Counted from the stretch's first letter, positions 40,662 to 51,007 are shown. The stretch is DNA of 64,000 nt from Armatimonadota bacterium (GCA_041690135.1 JAWLHY010000005.1:192001-256000), one strand, 5' to 3'. Program-made: numbers and translations. Notes: generated from the sequence alone by a model not told the origin.

Positions 40662-42749
40662 CTACTGGACGACCCATTTGGGTGGGGGCATGAGGTAGTT
40701 GCCTTCACCATCGATGAGGACGTTGGTGAGCTTGCCCTTGATGGGGAACCGGAAGGTGTGGTGCTCTTCCGAGATCTCGATCTCCCGGGTCTCCACGCTG
40801 TTCTCCACGTCCAGGACCACCTTCAGCCGTGCCCGGTAGGGAGGCTTCGTCTGAGTTATCATCAGCACTCCCTGGTTGAATTCCTTCGTATCCGGCTCCG
40901 TGTCGAAAGAATAGGCGAGGGCCATGCCGCCAGGGCGACCGAGCCACTGGTCGAAGAACCACTGGAGCGAACGGCCGGCTTCCCGGTCCACGATCTTGCG
41001 GAAGTCCTCGATCTTCGCCTTACCGAAACGGTATTCCGTGGCGAAAGCGCGCAGGGAACGCATGAATGCCTTATCACCGATCTCTTCTCTTAGCATGTGC
41101 AGGATGACCGCGCCCTTCTCGTAGATGGTCTGTTCAGCGGCTCCCACGTGGAGGAACGGATCGGATTCGTAGATCGCCTGGTCCCCTTTCTCCGCCAGTG
41201 CCTTGAAGTACCGGCGGCGGGCCTGGTCCACCCGCTTGCGCAAGACCCGAGAATTGCCCGTGATGGCCGCCTCGTACATCCAGGCGCTGTAGTTGGAGAA
41301 GGCCTCCGTGAGCCACGCCGCGCCCAGGCCCTGGGGGAAAACGGAGTTGCCCCACCACTGGTGCGCGATCTCGTGGGCGAGGAACTCGCGGTCCACCTTC
41401 TTCTCCTCGAAACTCTGGTCGACCAGCATCACGAAGGAAGTGGTGCCGTAGCCGCCGGGGAAGAGGGCGATCTCGGTAACTCCCAGCTTCTCATAGGGAT
41501 AGGGGCCGTACAGTTTCTCGAAGTAGCGAGTGATGGCGGCGGCCTCCTTGAGGAACGCTTTCGCCCGGCCGCGGTGCTCCGGAAAGGTGTAGCAGGTGAT
41601 CTTGAGATCGCCTCTCCCCTCCCCCACCGGCGGAACGGTGATCGATTCCTGGGTGAACCGGGCCGCGGTGAGCGAGACCATCGAGGCGAAGCGATCCGTC
41701 TCCCATTCGTAGACCACCGACTTCTCCTTCTTCTCCATCCGCTTGAGACCGCCCACGGAAACGACCGTGTAGCCTTTCGGCACCTCCACTCGCGCGCGCA
41801 CCGGGGCGCGGAAGTCCAACTCGCCGGTGGCCGGATACCACCGTGCCTCAGAGAAGAAGTACACGCTTTTGGATGACAGGAGGGCCGATCCCTCTTCCAT
41901 AATCGAGGAACCCTCCCGCCGGTACCGCACGCGGACCTCGCTTTCGCCGCCCGGCTTCAGGGGGCGGGCAGGCGTAACTGAGAACAGATCGTTCGCGTGC
42001 TGGAAGGGGGCGGGGTTGCCGTCCACCGTCACCACCAGGGGCTTGCACTCCTCGCTTAGGCTGAAGTCCAGAACCCGTACCGCCTGACCTCGGGAGCGCA
42101 CGCGGATCACGGCCGTGGCGTCGAACCGGTGCTTCTCCGGGTCGAGGTTCATGTCCAGCCCGTAATGCGTGATTTCGAACGGGCTGGGCTTGTGAGCGGC
42201 CGGCTTCGGCTTTTCGCCGGGCATGCCTTTGCTGGGAGGGGGCGGCGGCGCGGCGGGTGGCCGCATTGCGGTCCGCTGCGGCTTTGCGGGTGGGGTGTCA
42301 GCAGACTGGGGCGCGGGGGTCCCTCTTCCACCGCTGCTCGCTCTCCCGCCGCCGGAAGAGGGCGCGACCGCATTCGGATCGACCGTGGCCTCACGCTTCT
42401 GAACGCGCTTCTCGGCCGGCCTCTGCTGACGAATCTCGGCCAGCTCGCGTTCGGCGTCGGGATGTCCGGGTTGGAGCGACAACGCCTTCTCAAACAGCTC
42501 TTCGGCTTCGGCCAGGTTGCCCCGTTCCTTCTCGTCGATGCCGGCGTAATAATGCGTTTGTGCCTGTTGCTTCACCTGGCCCCGGCTCGCCGACTGATAA
42601 CTGAGGCCGGAGAGGACGATCGCCGCCGCGATGGCCGTTAGAGCCAGGGGCAGGTTCCAGCGCCGGGCCAGGGCCGGAACGAGTTTAAAGGTGTAGGCGA
42701 GAACGGCCAGCCAGACCAGAAGATTGAAAGCCAGCAAGGTGTAGAGCAT
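40662..42749 (-). CDS. Membrane-anchored TPR + M1 family aminopeptidase
   Basis: 2 TM, TPR, Pro-rich linker, HEIAHQWWG...LTEAF, YEKGA..LHMLR. Confidence 0.88.
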   Translation of the reverse strand: MLYTLLAFNLLVWLAVLAYTFKLVPALARRWNLPLALTAIAAAIVLSGLSYQSASRGQVKQQAQTHYYAGIDEKERGNLAEAEELFEKALSLQPGHPDAERELAEIRQQRPAEKRVQKREATVDPNAVAPSSGGGRASSGGRGTPAPQSADTPPAKPQRTAMRPPAAPPPPPSKGMPGEKPKPAAHKPSPFEITHYGLDMNLDPEKHRFDATAVIRVRSRGQAVRVLDFSLSEECKPLVVTVDGNPAPFQHANDLFSVTPARPLKPGGESEVRVRYRREGSSIMEEGSALLSSKSVYFFSEARWYPATGELDFRAPVRARVEVPKGYTVVSVGGLKRMEKKEKSVVYEWETDRFASMVSLTAARFTQESITVPPVGEGRGDLKITCYTFPEHRGRAKAFLKEAAAITRYFEKLYGPYPYEKLGVTEIALFPGGYGTTSFVMLVDQSFEEKKVDREFLAHEIAHQWWGNSVFPQGLGAAWLTEAFSNYSAWMYEAAITGNSRVLRKRVDQARRRYFKALAEKGDQAIYESDPFLHVGAAEQTIYEKGAVILHMLREEIGDKAFMRSLRAFATEYRFGKAKIEDFRKIVDREAGRSLQWFFDQWLGRPGGMALAYSFDTEPDTKEFNQGVLMITQTKPPYRARLKVVLDVENSVETREIEISEEHHTFRFPIKGKLTNVLIDGEGNYLMPPPKWVVQ

Positions 42750-43189
42750 GTCACCAGTTCAGAACGGATAACCCAGGTGGGTTGTTACGGGAGACGGGAG
42801 GGTCCTGGCAAGCCCTCCACATGCCCCCCGATTGGCCGGGGAGGCGTCATCTAATCGCAACGGACGAGGATACCGGGTTGTGATACTCTCCTAAGAGTTT
42901 GCCCCGCGCTAATACGCACGGACCTCTGGCCCTGGAGAGGGCTGCGGGGGAGCGGCCGCCAACTAGTTTACCGAGGCGGCAAGACGTGATAGCATCTGTT
43001 AGCTCTCTCCATGCGGGTCTACAGGTCTTCAGCCTCACCACGCTTCACCACGCCCCGTCCGGGCGGGCGCACCCCGGCGCTCGCGGCGAGAGTAAGCACA
43101 CCCAGAATTGCGTATTTCCCCATTCGGCCGCGTGCTTCCTCTTGAAGTCGAAACCTGCCCGTGAAGTGTCGTAAACCCGCGGAATCAGC

Positions 43190-45157
43190 ATGAGACGGAC
43201 CCAGACGCAAACCGAAACCCCCTCCACCCTCCTGCGCACGCAGACCACCACGCACAGCCAGTCTCTTCGGGTCGCCGTCCGACAGTCCCTGGAATCGGGA
43301 CGGGATTACCTGCTTTCCATCCAGGAGCCAGATGGGCACTGGGTAGGAGAACTGGAAGGCGATACCATCCTCGAGTCGGAGTACGTCCTCCTGCGCTATT
43401 TCATGGGCTGCCTGGATGACGACCGCCTGCGGAAGCTGGCCAACTACATCCGCAAGGTGCAGCGTCCGGAAGGGGCGTGGTCGATTTACCCGGGCGGACC
43501 GGTGGAGATCAGCTCGTCGGTCAAGGCCTACCTGGTCTTGAAGCTCGCGGGGCTCCCGATCGACCATCCGGAAATGGTGAAAGCCCGCGAAGCGATCCGG
43601 GCACATGGCGGAGTGACCGCCTGCAACACCTTCACCAAGATCTACTTGGCCATCTTCGGACAGTATGACTGGGACGGCACGCCGGTAGTTCCGCCCGAGC
43701 TACTGCTCTTTCCGAACTGGTTCTACTTCAACATCTACGAGATTTCCTCGTGGTCACGGACGATCGTGGTACCCCTGGCGATCGTTTGCGCGCATCGCCC
43801 GCACTGCCCCCTGCCGGTGAACATCGACGAGCTTTACGTGGGGCCGCGGCACGGCAAGCACCTGCGGCTGCCGTGGTCGAAGGAGACGTTCTCCTGGCGC
43901 AACTTCTTCCTCGCCATCGACCGGGGGATGCACTTCTGCGAGAAAGTTGATCTCCATCCCTGGCGCAAGCAGGCGCTCAAGGCCTGTGAAACGTGGATGG
44001 TGGAGCGGTTCCAGAAGTCGGGCGGCCTGGGGGCGATCTTTCCGCCGATCGTGAACGCGCTGATGGCGATGCGCTGTCTGGGCTATCCGGACGACCATCC
44101 GGAGGTGGTGGGTCAGTGGAAAGAGCTGGAAGCGTTCGAGATCGAGGAAGGCGATACCATGCGCCTGCAGCCGTGCGTTTCGCCGGTATGGGATACGGCC
44201 CTCTGCCTGATGGCGCTGTCGGCCGGAGGGACGGCGCCGGACGATCCGGCGATGGTCCAGGCCGGCGAGTGGTTGCTGGAGAAGCGGGTTCGCCAGAAGG
44301 GCGACTGGGCTGTCAAGCGCCCTAACGCACCGGTCGCCGGCTGGTATTTCGAGTATGCGAACGAGTACTACCCGGACATCGACGATTCCGCCGCGGTGTT
44401 GATGGCCCTGGAAGGCTGCCGGCTCCCGAACGACGACGAGAAGCACCGGATCTGCGCCCAGGCGATCGAGTGGATCTTCGCGATGCAGGGGCGAGATGGC
44501 GGCTGGGCCTCCTTCGACGTGGACAACGACCGGATGATCTTCACGCAGATCCCGTTCGCGGACCACAACGCCATGCTCGACCCGAGCACCGCCGATATTA
44601 CCGGACGCATCCTGGAGATGCTGGCCCGCTACGGATTCGATACCCGGGATGCGCGCGTGCAGAAGGCCATCGCGTACCTGAAGAAGGAACAGGAGTACGA
44701 CGGCGCGTGGTTTGGGCGCTGGGGCGTCAACTATATCTACGGGACCTGGCAGGTGTTGAAGGGTCTTTCCTGTATTGGGGAAGACATGAACCAGACGTAC
44801 ATCCGCAAAGCCGTGGAATGGCTGCGGTCCGTCCAGAACGAGGACGGCGGCTGGGGGGAAAGCTGCAACACCTACGACGACCCGTCGCTGCGGGGTCGGG
44901 GCCCAAGCACCCCATCGCAAACGGCGTGGGCGATGATGGGGCTAATGGCGGCCGGCGAGGTGAACAGCGACGCGGTGAAGCGCGGCCTCGAACACCTGCT
45001 GGAGACCCAGAAGCCCGACGGGTCGTGGGAAGACCTGTGGTACACCGGGACCGGGTTCCCGAAGGTCTTCTATCTGAAGTACCATCTCTACAGCAAATAC
45101 TTTCCGGTCTTTGCGCTGGGCATGTATGCCCGCCAGATCGAGATGATCCAGAGTTAA
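43190..45157 (+). CDS. shc: Squalene-hopene cyclase
   Basis: QW repeats, DIDDSA catalytic motif, GTGFP. Confidence 0.96.
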   Translation: MRRTQTQTETPSTLLRTQTTTHSQSLRVAVRQSLESGRDYLLSIQEPDGHWVGELEGDTILESEYVLLRYFMGCLDDDRLRKLANYIRKVQRPEGAWSIYPGGPVEISSSVKAYLVLKLAGLPIDHPEMVKAREAIRAHGGVTACNTFTKIYLAIFGQYDWDGTPVVPPELLLFPNWFYFNIYEISSWSRTIVVPLAIVCAHRPHCPLPVNIDELYVGPRHGKHLRLPWSKETFSWRNFFLAIDRGMHFCEKVDLHPWRKQALKACETWMVERFQKSGGLGAIFPPIVNALMAMRCLGYPDDHPEVVGQWKELEAFEIEEGDTMRLQPCVSPVWDTALCLMALSAGGTAPDDPAMVQAGEWLLEKRVRQKGDWAVKRPNAPVAGWYFEYANEYYPDIDDSAAVLMALEGCRLPNDDEKHRICAQAIEWIFAMQGRDGGWASFDVDNDRMIFTQIPFADHNAMLDPSTADITGRILEMLARYGFDTRDARVQKAIAYLKKEQEYDGAWFGRWGVNYIYGTWQVLKGLSCIGEDMNQTYIRKAVEWLRSVQNEDGGWGESCNTYDDPSLRGRGPSTPSQTAWAMMGLMAAGEVNSDAVKRGLEHLLETQKPDGSWEDLWYTGTGFPKVFYLKYHLYSKYFPVFALGMYARQIEMIQS

Positions 45158-45176
45158 GCTCAGAAGCGAGACTGCG

Positions 45177-46178
45177 ATGCGGTTCCCTACTCATATCACA
45201 ACGGACATGATCCAGTATCAGATGCGCATGGCCCGCGAGGGTCGCACGCGCTACCCCATGGTGCTGATGCTGGAGCCGCTCTACACCTGCAACCTGGCCT
45301 GCATCGGGTGCACGGTCGAGCGCCACACGGGCAAGCTGAAGGACCGGGTCTCGGTCGAGAAATGCCTGCAAGCGGCGGATGAGAGCGGCGCGCCGATCGT
45401 GTCCATCTGCGGTGGCGAGCCGACTGTTTACCCGGAGATCAAGCAGCTGATCGAAGGGATCATCGAGCGGAAGCGCCACATCTACCTGTGCACCAACGCC
45501 CTGATGCTCGATACGAAGATCTTCGGGGTGGTCGCGCCGCACAAGCGCCTTTCGATCAACGTCCACCTCGACGGTCTCCGCAAGACGCACGACTACGTCT
45601 GCGACCGGGAAGGCGTCTTCGACAAGGCGATCGAGATGATCAAGAAGGGCAAGCAGCTCGGCTACCACATGGTGACCAACACCACGGTGTTCAAAGAAAC
45701 GGACATCGACGAGGTGGAGAAGCTTTGCGAACTGCTGACCGGCATCGGCATCGACGGGATGCTCATCTCGCCCGGCTACGAATACGAGACGGTGCAGCGC
45801 GACATCTTCCTGGAGCGCCAGGAGACGGAAGAGAAGTTCCGGCGGGTGCTGCAGCTCAGCAAGAAGTACCGCCTGCAGTCCAGCCCCGTTTTCCTGGAGT
45901 TTGCCGCCGGCATGCGCGAGCTCCCCTGCTCCCCCTGGAGCACGGTCACCTTCACCCCCATGGGCTGGAAAGGCCCCTGCTACCTCATCGCCGGCAAGTA
46001 CTACCCCGAATGGGCCGAGTTCTGGAACGACGTGAACTGGGAGTACTGGGAGAGCCGTAAGGACGTCCGCTGCCGCAACTGCAAGATGCACAGCGGCTTC
46101 GAAGCCTCCGCCGTCCGCGCCGCCAATAAGAACCCGAAGGACCTGGTTCAACTGGCGATGTGGAACATGTTCGGATAA
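45177..46178 (+). CDS. hpnH: Adenosylhopane synthase, radical SAM
   Basis: VLMLEPLYTCNLACIGC, LCTN, C.NC.MHSGFE; follows shc. Confidence 0.93.
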   Translation: MRFPTHITTDMIQYQMRMAREGRTRYPMVLMLEPLYTCNLACIGCTVERHTGKLKDRVSVEKCLQAADESGAPIVSICGGEPTVYPEIKQLIEGIIERKRHIYLCTNALMLDTKIFGVVAPHKRLSINVHLDGLRKTHDYVCDREGVFDKAIEMIKKGKQLGYHMVTNTTVFKETDIDEVEKLCELLTGIGIDGMLISPGYEYETVQRDIFLERQETEEKFRRVLQLSKKYRLQSSPVFLEFAAGMRELPCSPWSTVTFTPMGWKGPCYLIAGKYYPEWAEFWNDVNWEYWESRKDVRCRNCKMHSGFEASAVRAANKNPKDLVQLAMWNMFG

Positions 46179-46226
46179 CCGCTCCTCCGTCTCGTCTTGA
46201 CCGCGGAGATGCAGATGGGAAAGGCC

Positions 46227-46482
46227 CGAACCGGATTCACCGCAGAGACGCAGAGGACGCTGAGCCGGCGCAGAGGGGGAAGAGAGGAAAGTCGCTTTCG
46301 GGCAGGGGATTTGCTGAATCGCCAAGGTCGGGATGCAAAGGGTATCTGACGATTAGAGGTTGGAGGAATATCCACCCCAAACGGATAGCCGGGGTAACCG
46401 AAGTTGTTGCGGGGCTTCGCTGGAACCCAGTTTCTCCCTTCTCTCTGCGTTACCTCAGCGTCCTCTGCGGCTCTGCGGTTAA
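46227..46482. repeat. ~250-bp palindrome-ended unit, copy 1
   Basis: ACCGCAGAGACGCAGAGGACGCTGAG ... CTCAGCGTCCTCTGCGGCTCTGCGGT inverted arms. Confidence 0.85.
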
Positions 46483-46507
46483 ACTGGTTCAGATACAGGA
46501 GGTGGAG

Positions 46508-46894
46508 ATGCGGACAAATGAGATCACGGAGGCGGTGATTGCCGCCGCGATTGAGGTGCATCGGACGCTGGGTCCGGGTCTTCTGGAGTCCGCATATCTT
46601 GTGTGTATGCGTCGGGAGTTGCAACTGCGTGGGGTGCCGTTCGAGCACGAGAAGCTGCTGCCAGTGACGTACAAGGGCGTGGACCTGGACTGCGGTTACC
46701 GCCTGGACCTGCTGGTAGCCGGCAAAGTGGTGGTCGAGCTGAAGTCGGTGGAAGCGCTGGACCCGGTTCACGAAGCACAGTTACTCACCTACTTGAAGCT
46801 CGGCGGTTGGAAGGTTGGACTGCTGATCAACTTCAATGTCCCCCGGCTGAAAGACGGCATCAAGCGGCGCGTCCTCGACTGGCGCGAGGATTAA
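46508..46894 (+). CDS. GxxExxY protein (PD-(D/E)xK nuclease family)
   Basis: VHRTLGPGLLESAY, YRLDLLV, VELKS, AQLLTYLK, GLLINF; GGAGG RBS. Confidence 0.95.
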   Translation: MRTNEITEAVIAAAIEVHRTLGPGLLESAYLVCMRRELQLRGVPFEHEKLLPVTYKGVDLDCGYRLDLLVAGKVVVELKSVEALDPVHEAQLLTYLKLGGWKVGLLINFNVPRLKDGIKRRVLDWRED

Positions 46895-46909
46895 GCGGCC
46901 TGGGAACAT

Positions 46910-47157
46910 CCGAATCGGATTCACCGCGGAGACGCAGAGCACGCTGAGCCGGCGCAGAGAGGGAAGAGGGGGAATTGGCCTATGGGCAGTAGGCTTGCAG
47001 CGAGATCTGGATGCAGAAGTGCACCCTAACTGGGGTTGAGGCGACATCATTCCCCGAAGGTAACTCGGGTTGCTTGAGGTTTGCGTAAGGTGCCGCACTA
47101 ACCCATTCTTTCATTCCTCTCTGCGTTACCTCAGCGTGCTCTGCGTCTCTGCGGTTA
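46910..47157. repeat. ~250-bp palindrome-ended unit, copy 2
   Basis: ACCGCGGAGACGCAGAGCACGCTGAG ... CTCAGCGTGCTCTGCGTCTCTGCGGT; direct repeat of copy 1. Confidence 0.85.
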
Positions 47158-47218
47158 GATGGTTCGGTTCGGTTCGGGTCCGCTGCGTCTCTGCGGTTAG
47201 GTGGTTCCGGTAATTCGA

Positions 47219-48217
47219 ATGGCAGTATTGGTTACAGGTGGGTCCGGATTCGTGGGGAGCCGGGTGGTGCGGAAGCTTCTCCAGCGGGGAGAAGACGTGC
47301 GCTGCCTGGTACGGAAGACCAGCCCGCGGGCCAACCTGGAGGGCCTGGGGGTGGCCCTGGTGACCGGCGACCTGCAGGATCCTGCTTCGCTGCGGGAAGC
47401 GGTGCGGGGGGTGTCGGTCGTTTATCACGTGGCCGCGGACTATCGCCTCTGGAGCAAGGACCCGCAGGAGCTGTACCGCAGCAACGTGGACGGTACGCGG
47501 AACCTGCTGGAGGCGGCGACGCAGGCCGGCTGCGAGCGGATCGTCTACTGCAGCTCGGTGGGGGCGCTGGGAATTCCGAAGGACGGCACGCCGGGCAGCG
47601 AGACCACGCCGGTGAAGCTCGAGGACATGGTAGGGCATTACAAGCGCTCCAAGTTCCTGGCCGAGCAGGAGGCGCTGCAGGCCGCGGGGCGTGGGGTGCC
47701 GGTGGTGATCGTTAACCCGAGCACGCCGGTGGGGCCGAACGACATCAAGCCGACGGAGACGGGGCGGATTATCACCCGGTTTCTGAACGGGGAGATGCCC
47801 GCTTATCTGGACACCGGTTTGAACTTGGTGGACGTGGACGACGTGGCCGAGGGCCACCTGCTGGCGGCGGAGAAGGGCCGGGTCGGCGAGAAGTACATCC
47901 TGGGCAACCGGAACATGACCCTGGCGGAGATCCTCCAGTGCCTGGCGGCTCTGACCGGAAAGCCCGCTCCCCGTGCTAGAATGCCGTATGGGTTCGTTCT
48001 GGGGGTCGCCCAGATCAACGAGTTTTTTGTGGGAACGCTTCTGAAGCGCGAGCCCGGCATCCCGGTGGAAGGGGTGCGGATGGCGCGGAAGAAGATGTTC
48101 TTCGATCCGAGCAAAGCGATCCGGGAACTGGGCCTGCCCCAAACTCCGGTTGAAGAGGCACTGGACCGGGCGATCCGCTGGTTCACGGACCACGGCTACG
48201 TCAAGGGCACGGCCTGA
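47219..48217 (+). CDS. hpnA: Hopanoid-associated sugar epimerase
   Basis: VTGGSGFVG, HVAADYRLW, YKRSK, DIKPTETG. Confidence 0.92.
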   Translation: MAVLVTGGSGFVGSRVVRKLLQRGEDVRCLVRKTSPRANLEGLGVALVTGDLQDPASLREAVRGVSVVYHVAADYRLWSKDPQELYRSNVDGTRNLLEAATQAGCERIVYCSSVGALGIPKDGTPGSETTPVKLEDMVGHYKRSKFLAEQEALQAAGRGVPVVIVNPSTPVGPNDIKPTETGRIITRFLNGEMPAYLDTGLNLVDVDDVAEGHLLAAEKGRVGEKYILGNRNMTLAEILQCLAALTGKPAPRARMPYGFVLGVAQINEFFVGTLLKREPGIPVEGVRMARKKMFFDPSKAIRELGLPQTPVEEALDRAIRWFTDHGYVKGTA

Positions 48218-48235
48218 CCACTCGAGGGAATTGCG

Positions 48236-49117
48236 ATGAAAGTCTTCCTGGCCAAAGAAGTCGGGTTTTGTTTCGGCGTGAAGCGGGCGATCAACATGAC
48301 CCGCCAGGCGCTGGCCGAGCACAACGACGTATCGATCCTGGGCGACGTCGTCCACAACCGGACCGTCACGTCCGAGCTGGAAGCGCGGGGCCTGAAGAAG
48401 GTGAACGAGCTCGACGACGTGCGCGGCGGAACGATGGTCATCCGCGCCCACGGACTGCCGCAGTTGGAGATCCAGCAGGCGCACGACCGCGGCCTGAACA
48501 TCGTCGATGCCACCTGCCCCATCGTGACGCAGGCCCAGGAAGCCGCGTTGGAGCTGGAGCGCCGGGGCTGCACCGTGGTGATCATCGGGGATCGCAACCA
48601 CGCTGAGATCAAGGGCGTGATGGGCAACCTGAAGAACCCGGCCGTGGTGGTCGATAGCCTGGAAGAGCTGCGGGAAGCGCCTCTCGACAAGCAGCGTCTG
48701 CGCAAGGTCGGGGTGATCTTCCAGACGACCCACTCCTTCGAGCTGTGCGCGCCGATCGTTACGGAGTTGATCGCCATGGCGAAGGAAGTGCAGGTCATCA
48801 ACACGATCTGCCGTCCGGTCCGCAACCGCCAGATGGATGCCGTGCAGCTCGCCGAGACGATGGATGTGATGGTGGTGGTGGGCAGCCGCTCCAGCGCCAA
48901 CACGATCGAGTTGAAGCACCTCTGCCAGAAGTACAACCCGAATACGATTCACGTGGAAGGACCGGATGAGCTGGACCCGGCGCGGTTCCAGGGGGTGGAG
49001 AACGTGGGCATCGCCTCTGGTCTTTCGACGCCGCCGGAGACCGTGGAAGCCGTGAAGGCCCGCATCATGTCGCTTGACCAGCAGGCCCCGGCCGAGCGCG
49101 AGCCGGCTCTGGTCTAA
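48236..49117 (+). CDS. ispH: 4-hydroxy-3-methylbut-2-enyl diphosphate reductase
   Basis: GFCFGV.RA, VHN, AHG, DATCP.V, QTT, NTIC, SSAN. Confidence 0.95.
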   Translation: MKVFLAKEVGFCFGVKRAINMTRQALAEHNDVSILGDVVHNRTVTSELEARGLKKVNELDDVRGGTMVIRAHGLPQLEIQQAHDRGLNIVDATCPIVTQAQEAALELERRGCTVVIIGDRNHAEIKGVMGNLKNPAVVVDSLEELREAPLDKQRLRKVGVIFQTTHSFELCAPIVTELIAMAKEVQVINTICRPVRNRQMDAVQLAETMDVMVVVGSRSSANTIELKHLCQKYNPNTIHVEGPDELDPARFQGVENVGIASGLSTPPETVEAVKARIMSLDQQAPAEREPALV

Positions 49118-49186
49118 GCTACGCTGCTATCGTCTATGGAGCGCCCTGGGAACAGCGTTTCTCGGGGCGCTCGGCTTGTACGCCCC

Positions 49187-49948
49187 ATGAAACGCATCGC
49201 TATCCTTTTTGCGGTTTCCCAGGAAATTGCACCGCTTTCAAAGCGGCTGGACGCCCGGGAGAGTGGGCCCGTTGCTCTACGCCCACACCGGGCGGTGGCC
49301 GGAAGATTAGGCAATACCGAGGTCCTACTGGCGGTGACCGGTGTTGGCGCGCGGCGCGCGGAACAGGCGGCGAGAGCGGTTGTGGAGGCCTGGCGTCCGG
49401 ACCTGCTGATCATGGCCGGAGTGGCCGGTGGTCTGGCTCCGGAGTTGCGGATCGGCGATCTCGTGGTCGCGGACCGGGTTCTCACAGCAGCCGGTGAGAA
49501 GTGCCCTCCGGTCGTTCCCACCGATTCCGGTGCTGCCCTGCGCCAGGGGGCACTGATGAGCACGGACCGGATCCTGGTCACCGCCGAGGAGAAGCGGAAG
49601 GCCTTTGCCGCGGGATGTCAAAGTGGCACGACCAGCCGAAGCGTGATGGAGTATGGGCCGCTGGCGGTGGAGATGGAGACCGCGGGAGTCATTGCGGCCG
49701 CGGAGAAGTTGGGAGTACCCTGGGCGGCTGTGCGTGCCCTCTCCGACACGGCGGAGGAGGCGCTTCCCCTGGATTTTAACCGGCTTCGGTCCGCCGACGG
49801 AGATCTTCCCACTGCCCGGGTAGCGCTCGCGGCGGTTTCCCGTCCGGCGGCGATTCCGGGCCTGATCCGGCTGGGGAAGAATACGTCTCTTGCGGCAGAA
49901 GCACTGGCCGGATTTCTGGCGGCCTGGGTGATGGATGGGGAGGCATAG
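49187..49948 (+). CDS. Nucleoside phosphorylase, HpnG-like
   Basis: GVAGGL, AVEMETA, VRALSD; last gene of hopanoid operon. Confidence 0.75.
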   Translation: MKRIAILFAVSQEIAPLSKRLDARESGPVALRPHRAVAGRLGNTEVLLAVTGVGARRAEQAARAVVEAWRPDLLIMAGVAGGLAPELRIGDLVVADRVLTAAGEKCPPVVPTDSGAALRQGALMSTDRILVTAEEKRKAFAAGCQSGTTSRSVMEYGPLAVEMETAGVIAAAEKLGVPWAAVRALSDTAEEALPLDFNRLRSADGDLPTARVALAAVSRPAAIPGLIRLGKNTSLAAEALAGFLAAWVMDGEA

Positions 49949-50023
49949 CGGTCCCAGGCGATCTTTCGTCCGGGTAGCACTATTCAGCTACCGCCAAACA
50001 GGCACAGGTGATGAATCATGCCG

Positions 50024-50046
50024 CGGAGTCCGAGAGATATCTCGGC
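50024..50046 (+). repeat. Dispersed repeat core CGGAGTCCGAGAGATATCTCGGC (copy 2)
   Basis: Exact match to the reverse complement of 36871-36893. Confidence 0.75.
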
Positions 50047-50212
50047 CAGAACTCCGCTATCGATTATCTGTATGCACTGCCCGATTTGCGCCTCTGTGCT
50101 GCCGTAGTCAGGACGGGCCACGGCCCCCGATATCTCGGGGATTCCGGGCATGGGTCATTGCGTTTGTTCGCCACCCAGACTGGGCTGGATGCAATTGCCC
50201 CGTAAGGTGAGA

Positions 50213-50250
50213 AACGAAAGCCCCGCGGCACTTGCTGCGGGGCTTTCGTT
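50213..50250. terminator. Bidirectional terminator
   Basis: AACGAAAGCCCCGCGGCA-CT-TGCTGCGGGGCTTTCGTT. Confidence 0.8.
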
Positions 50251-50275
50251 ATGGGTGGGAGGTAAGGGTCGGCCG

Positions 50276-51007
50276 TTAGTCCGGGTCGGCGGCGCGGGTG
50301 AACATGCTGGGCGTGGCCCGGTTGAGCCATTTTGCGTGGCCGTCGGCGAAGGCGCAGTTGGCGCCGTCATTGTGGCGGCGTACCAGGGCCCAGTTGGATG
50401 CACCCCAGGTGATAGGTGACGGCGACGGCGGGCTCGCGGACGGCTGGCCACTGAGGAGCGAGGCATGGTCCGGAGCATACCACCAGGCGTCCATGGTCCA
50501 GCCGTCGTAAAGCACGATGGTGCTGGCCGGCGCCTCGACGGCGGCCATCGCGGCACCCGACACTCCCCCACTCGCGTTGCCGTTGTAGTTGTAAGAAACC
50601 GGGAAAGTGGTGTACGGCATCTGGGCCTGCGTAAACTTCCGCGATGGACACTGGAATACTCCATCGTTCTTGACGTACGGATAGATGAATTCCGCCCAGA
50701 TGAAGTAGTTGGAGCTGGCCGTCTGGTTCACCGGTACGTGGACCCAGGCAGAACCGGATCCGCCCTGCCACATCCATGGGTACACCTCATCGTAGTCCTG
50801 GGTGTACATCATGACTGCGTTGCCCATCTGCTTGCAGTTGGAAAGACAGCTCGACTGGCGAGCCGCCTCCCGGGCGCGGGCAAAGACGGGGAAGAGGATG
50901 GCAGCGAGGATAGCGATGATCGCTATCACCACGAGCAACTCGATCAGTGTAAAGCCACGCCGGGGCCGCGCGGACCGGGGGCGCAAGGAAGGGAAAGAAG
51001 CGTTCAA
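50276..51007 (-). CDS. Prepilin-type N-methylation / DUF1559 (H-X9-DG) protein
   Basis: [52 protein letters not shown]; TTG start after GAAAGG. Confidence 0.92.
   Translation of the reverse strand: MNASFPSLRPRSARPRRGFTLIELLVVIAIIAILAAILFPVFARAREAARQSSCLSNCKQMGNAVMMYTQDYDEVYPWMWQGGSGSAWVHVPVNQTASSNYFIWAEFIYPYVKNDGVFQCPSRKFTQAQMPYTTFPVSYNYNGNASGGVSGAAMAAVEAPASTIVLYDGWTMDAWWYAPDHASLLSGQPSASPPSPSPITWGASNWALVRRHNDGANCAFADGHAKWLNRATPSMFTRAADPD

Noticed and set aside
46160-46507. N-terminal extension of the GxxExxY ORF (244 aa call)
   Set aside because: Extension is translated repeat sequence; GGAGG RBS and ATG at 46508 fit family length
49950-50250. tmRNA or a real 65-aa protein
   Set aside because: No tRNA-like ends; the ORF overlaps a dispersed repeat and has no recognisable motif
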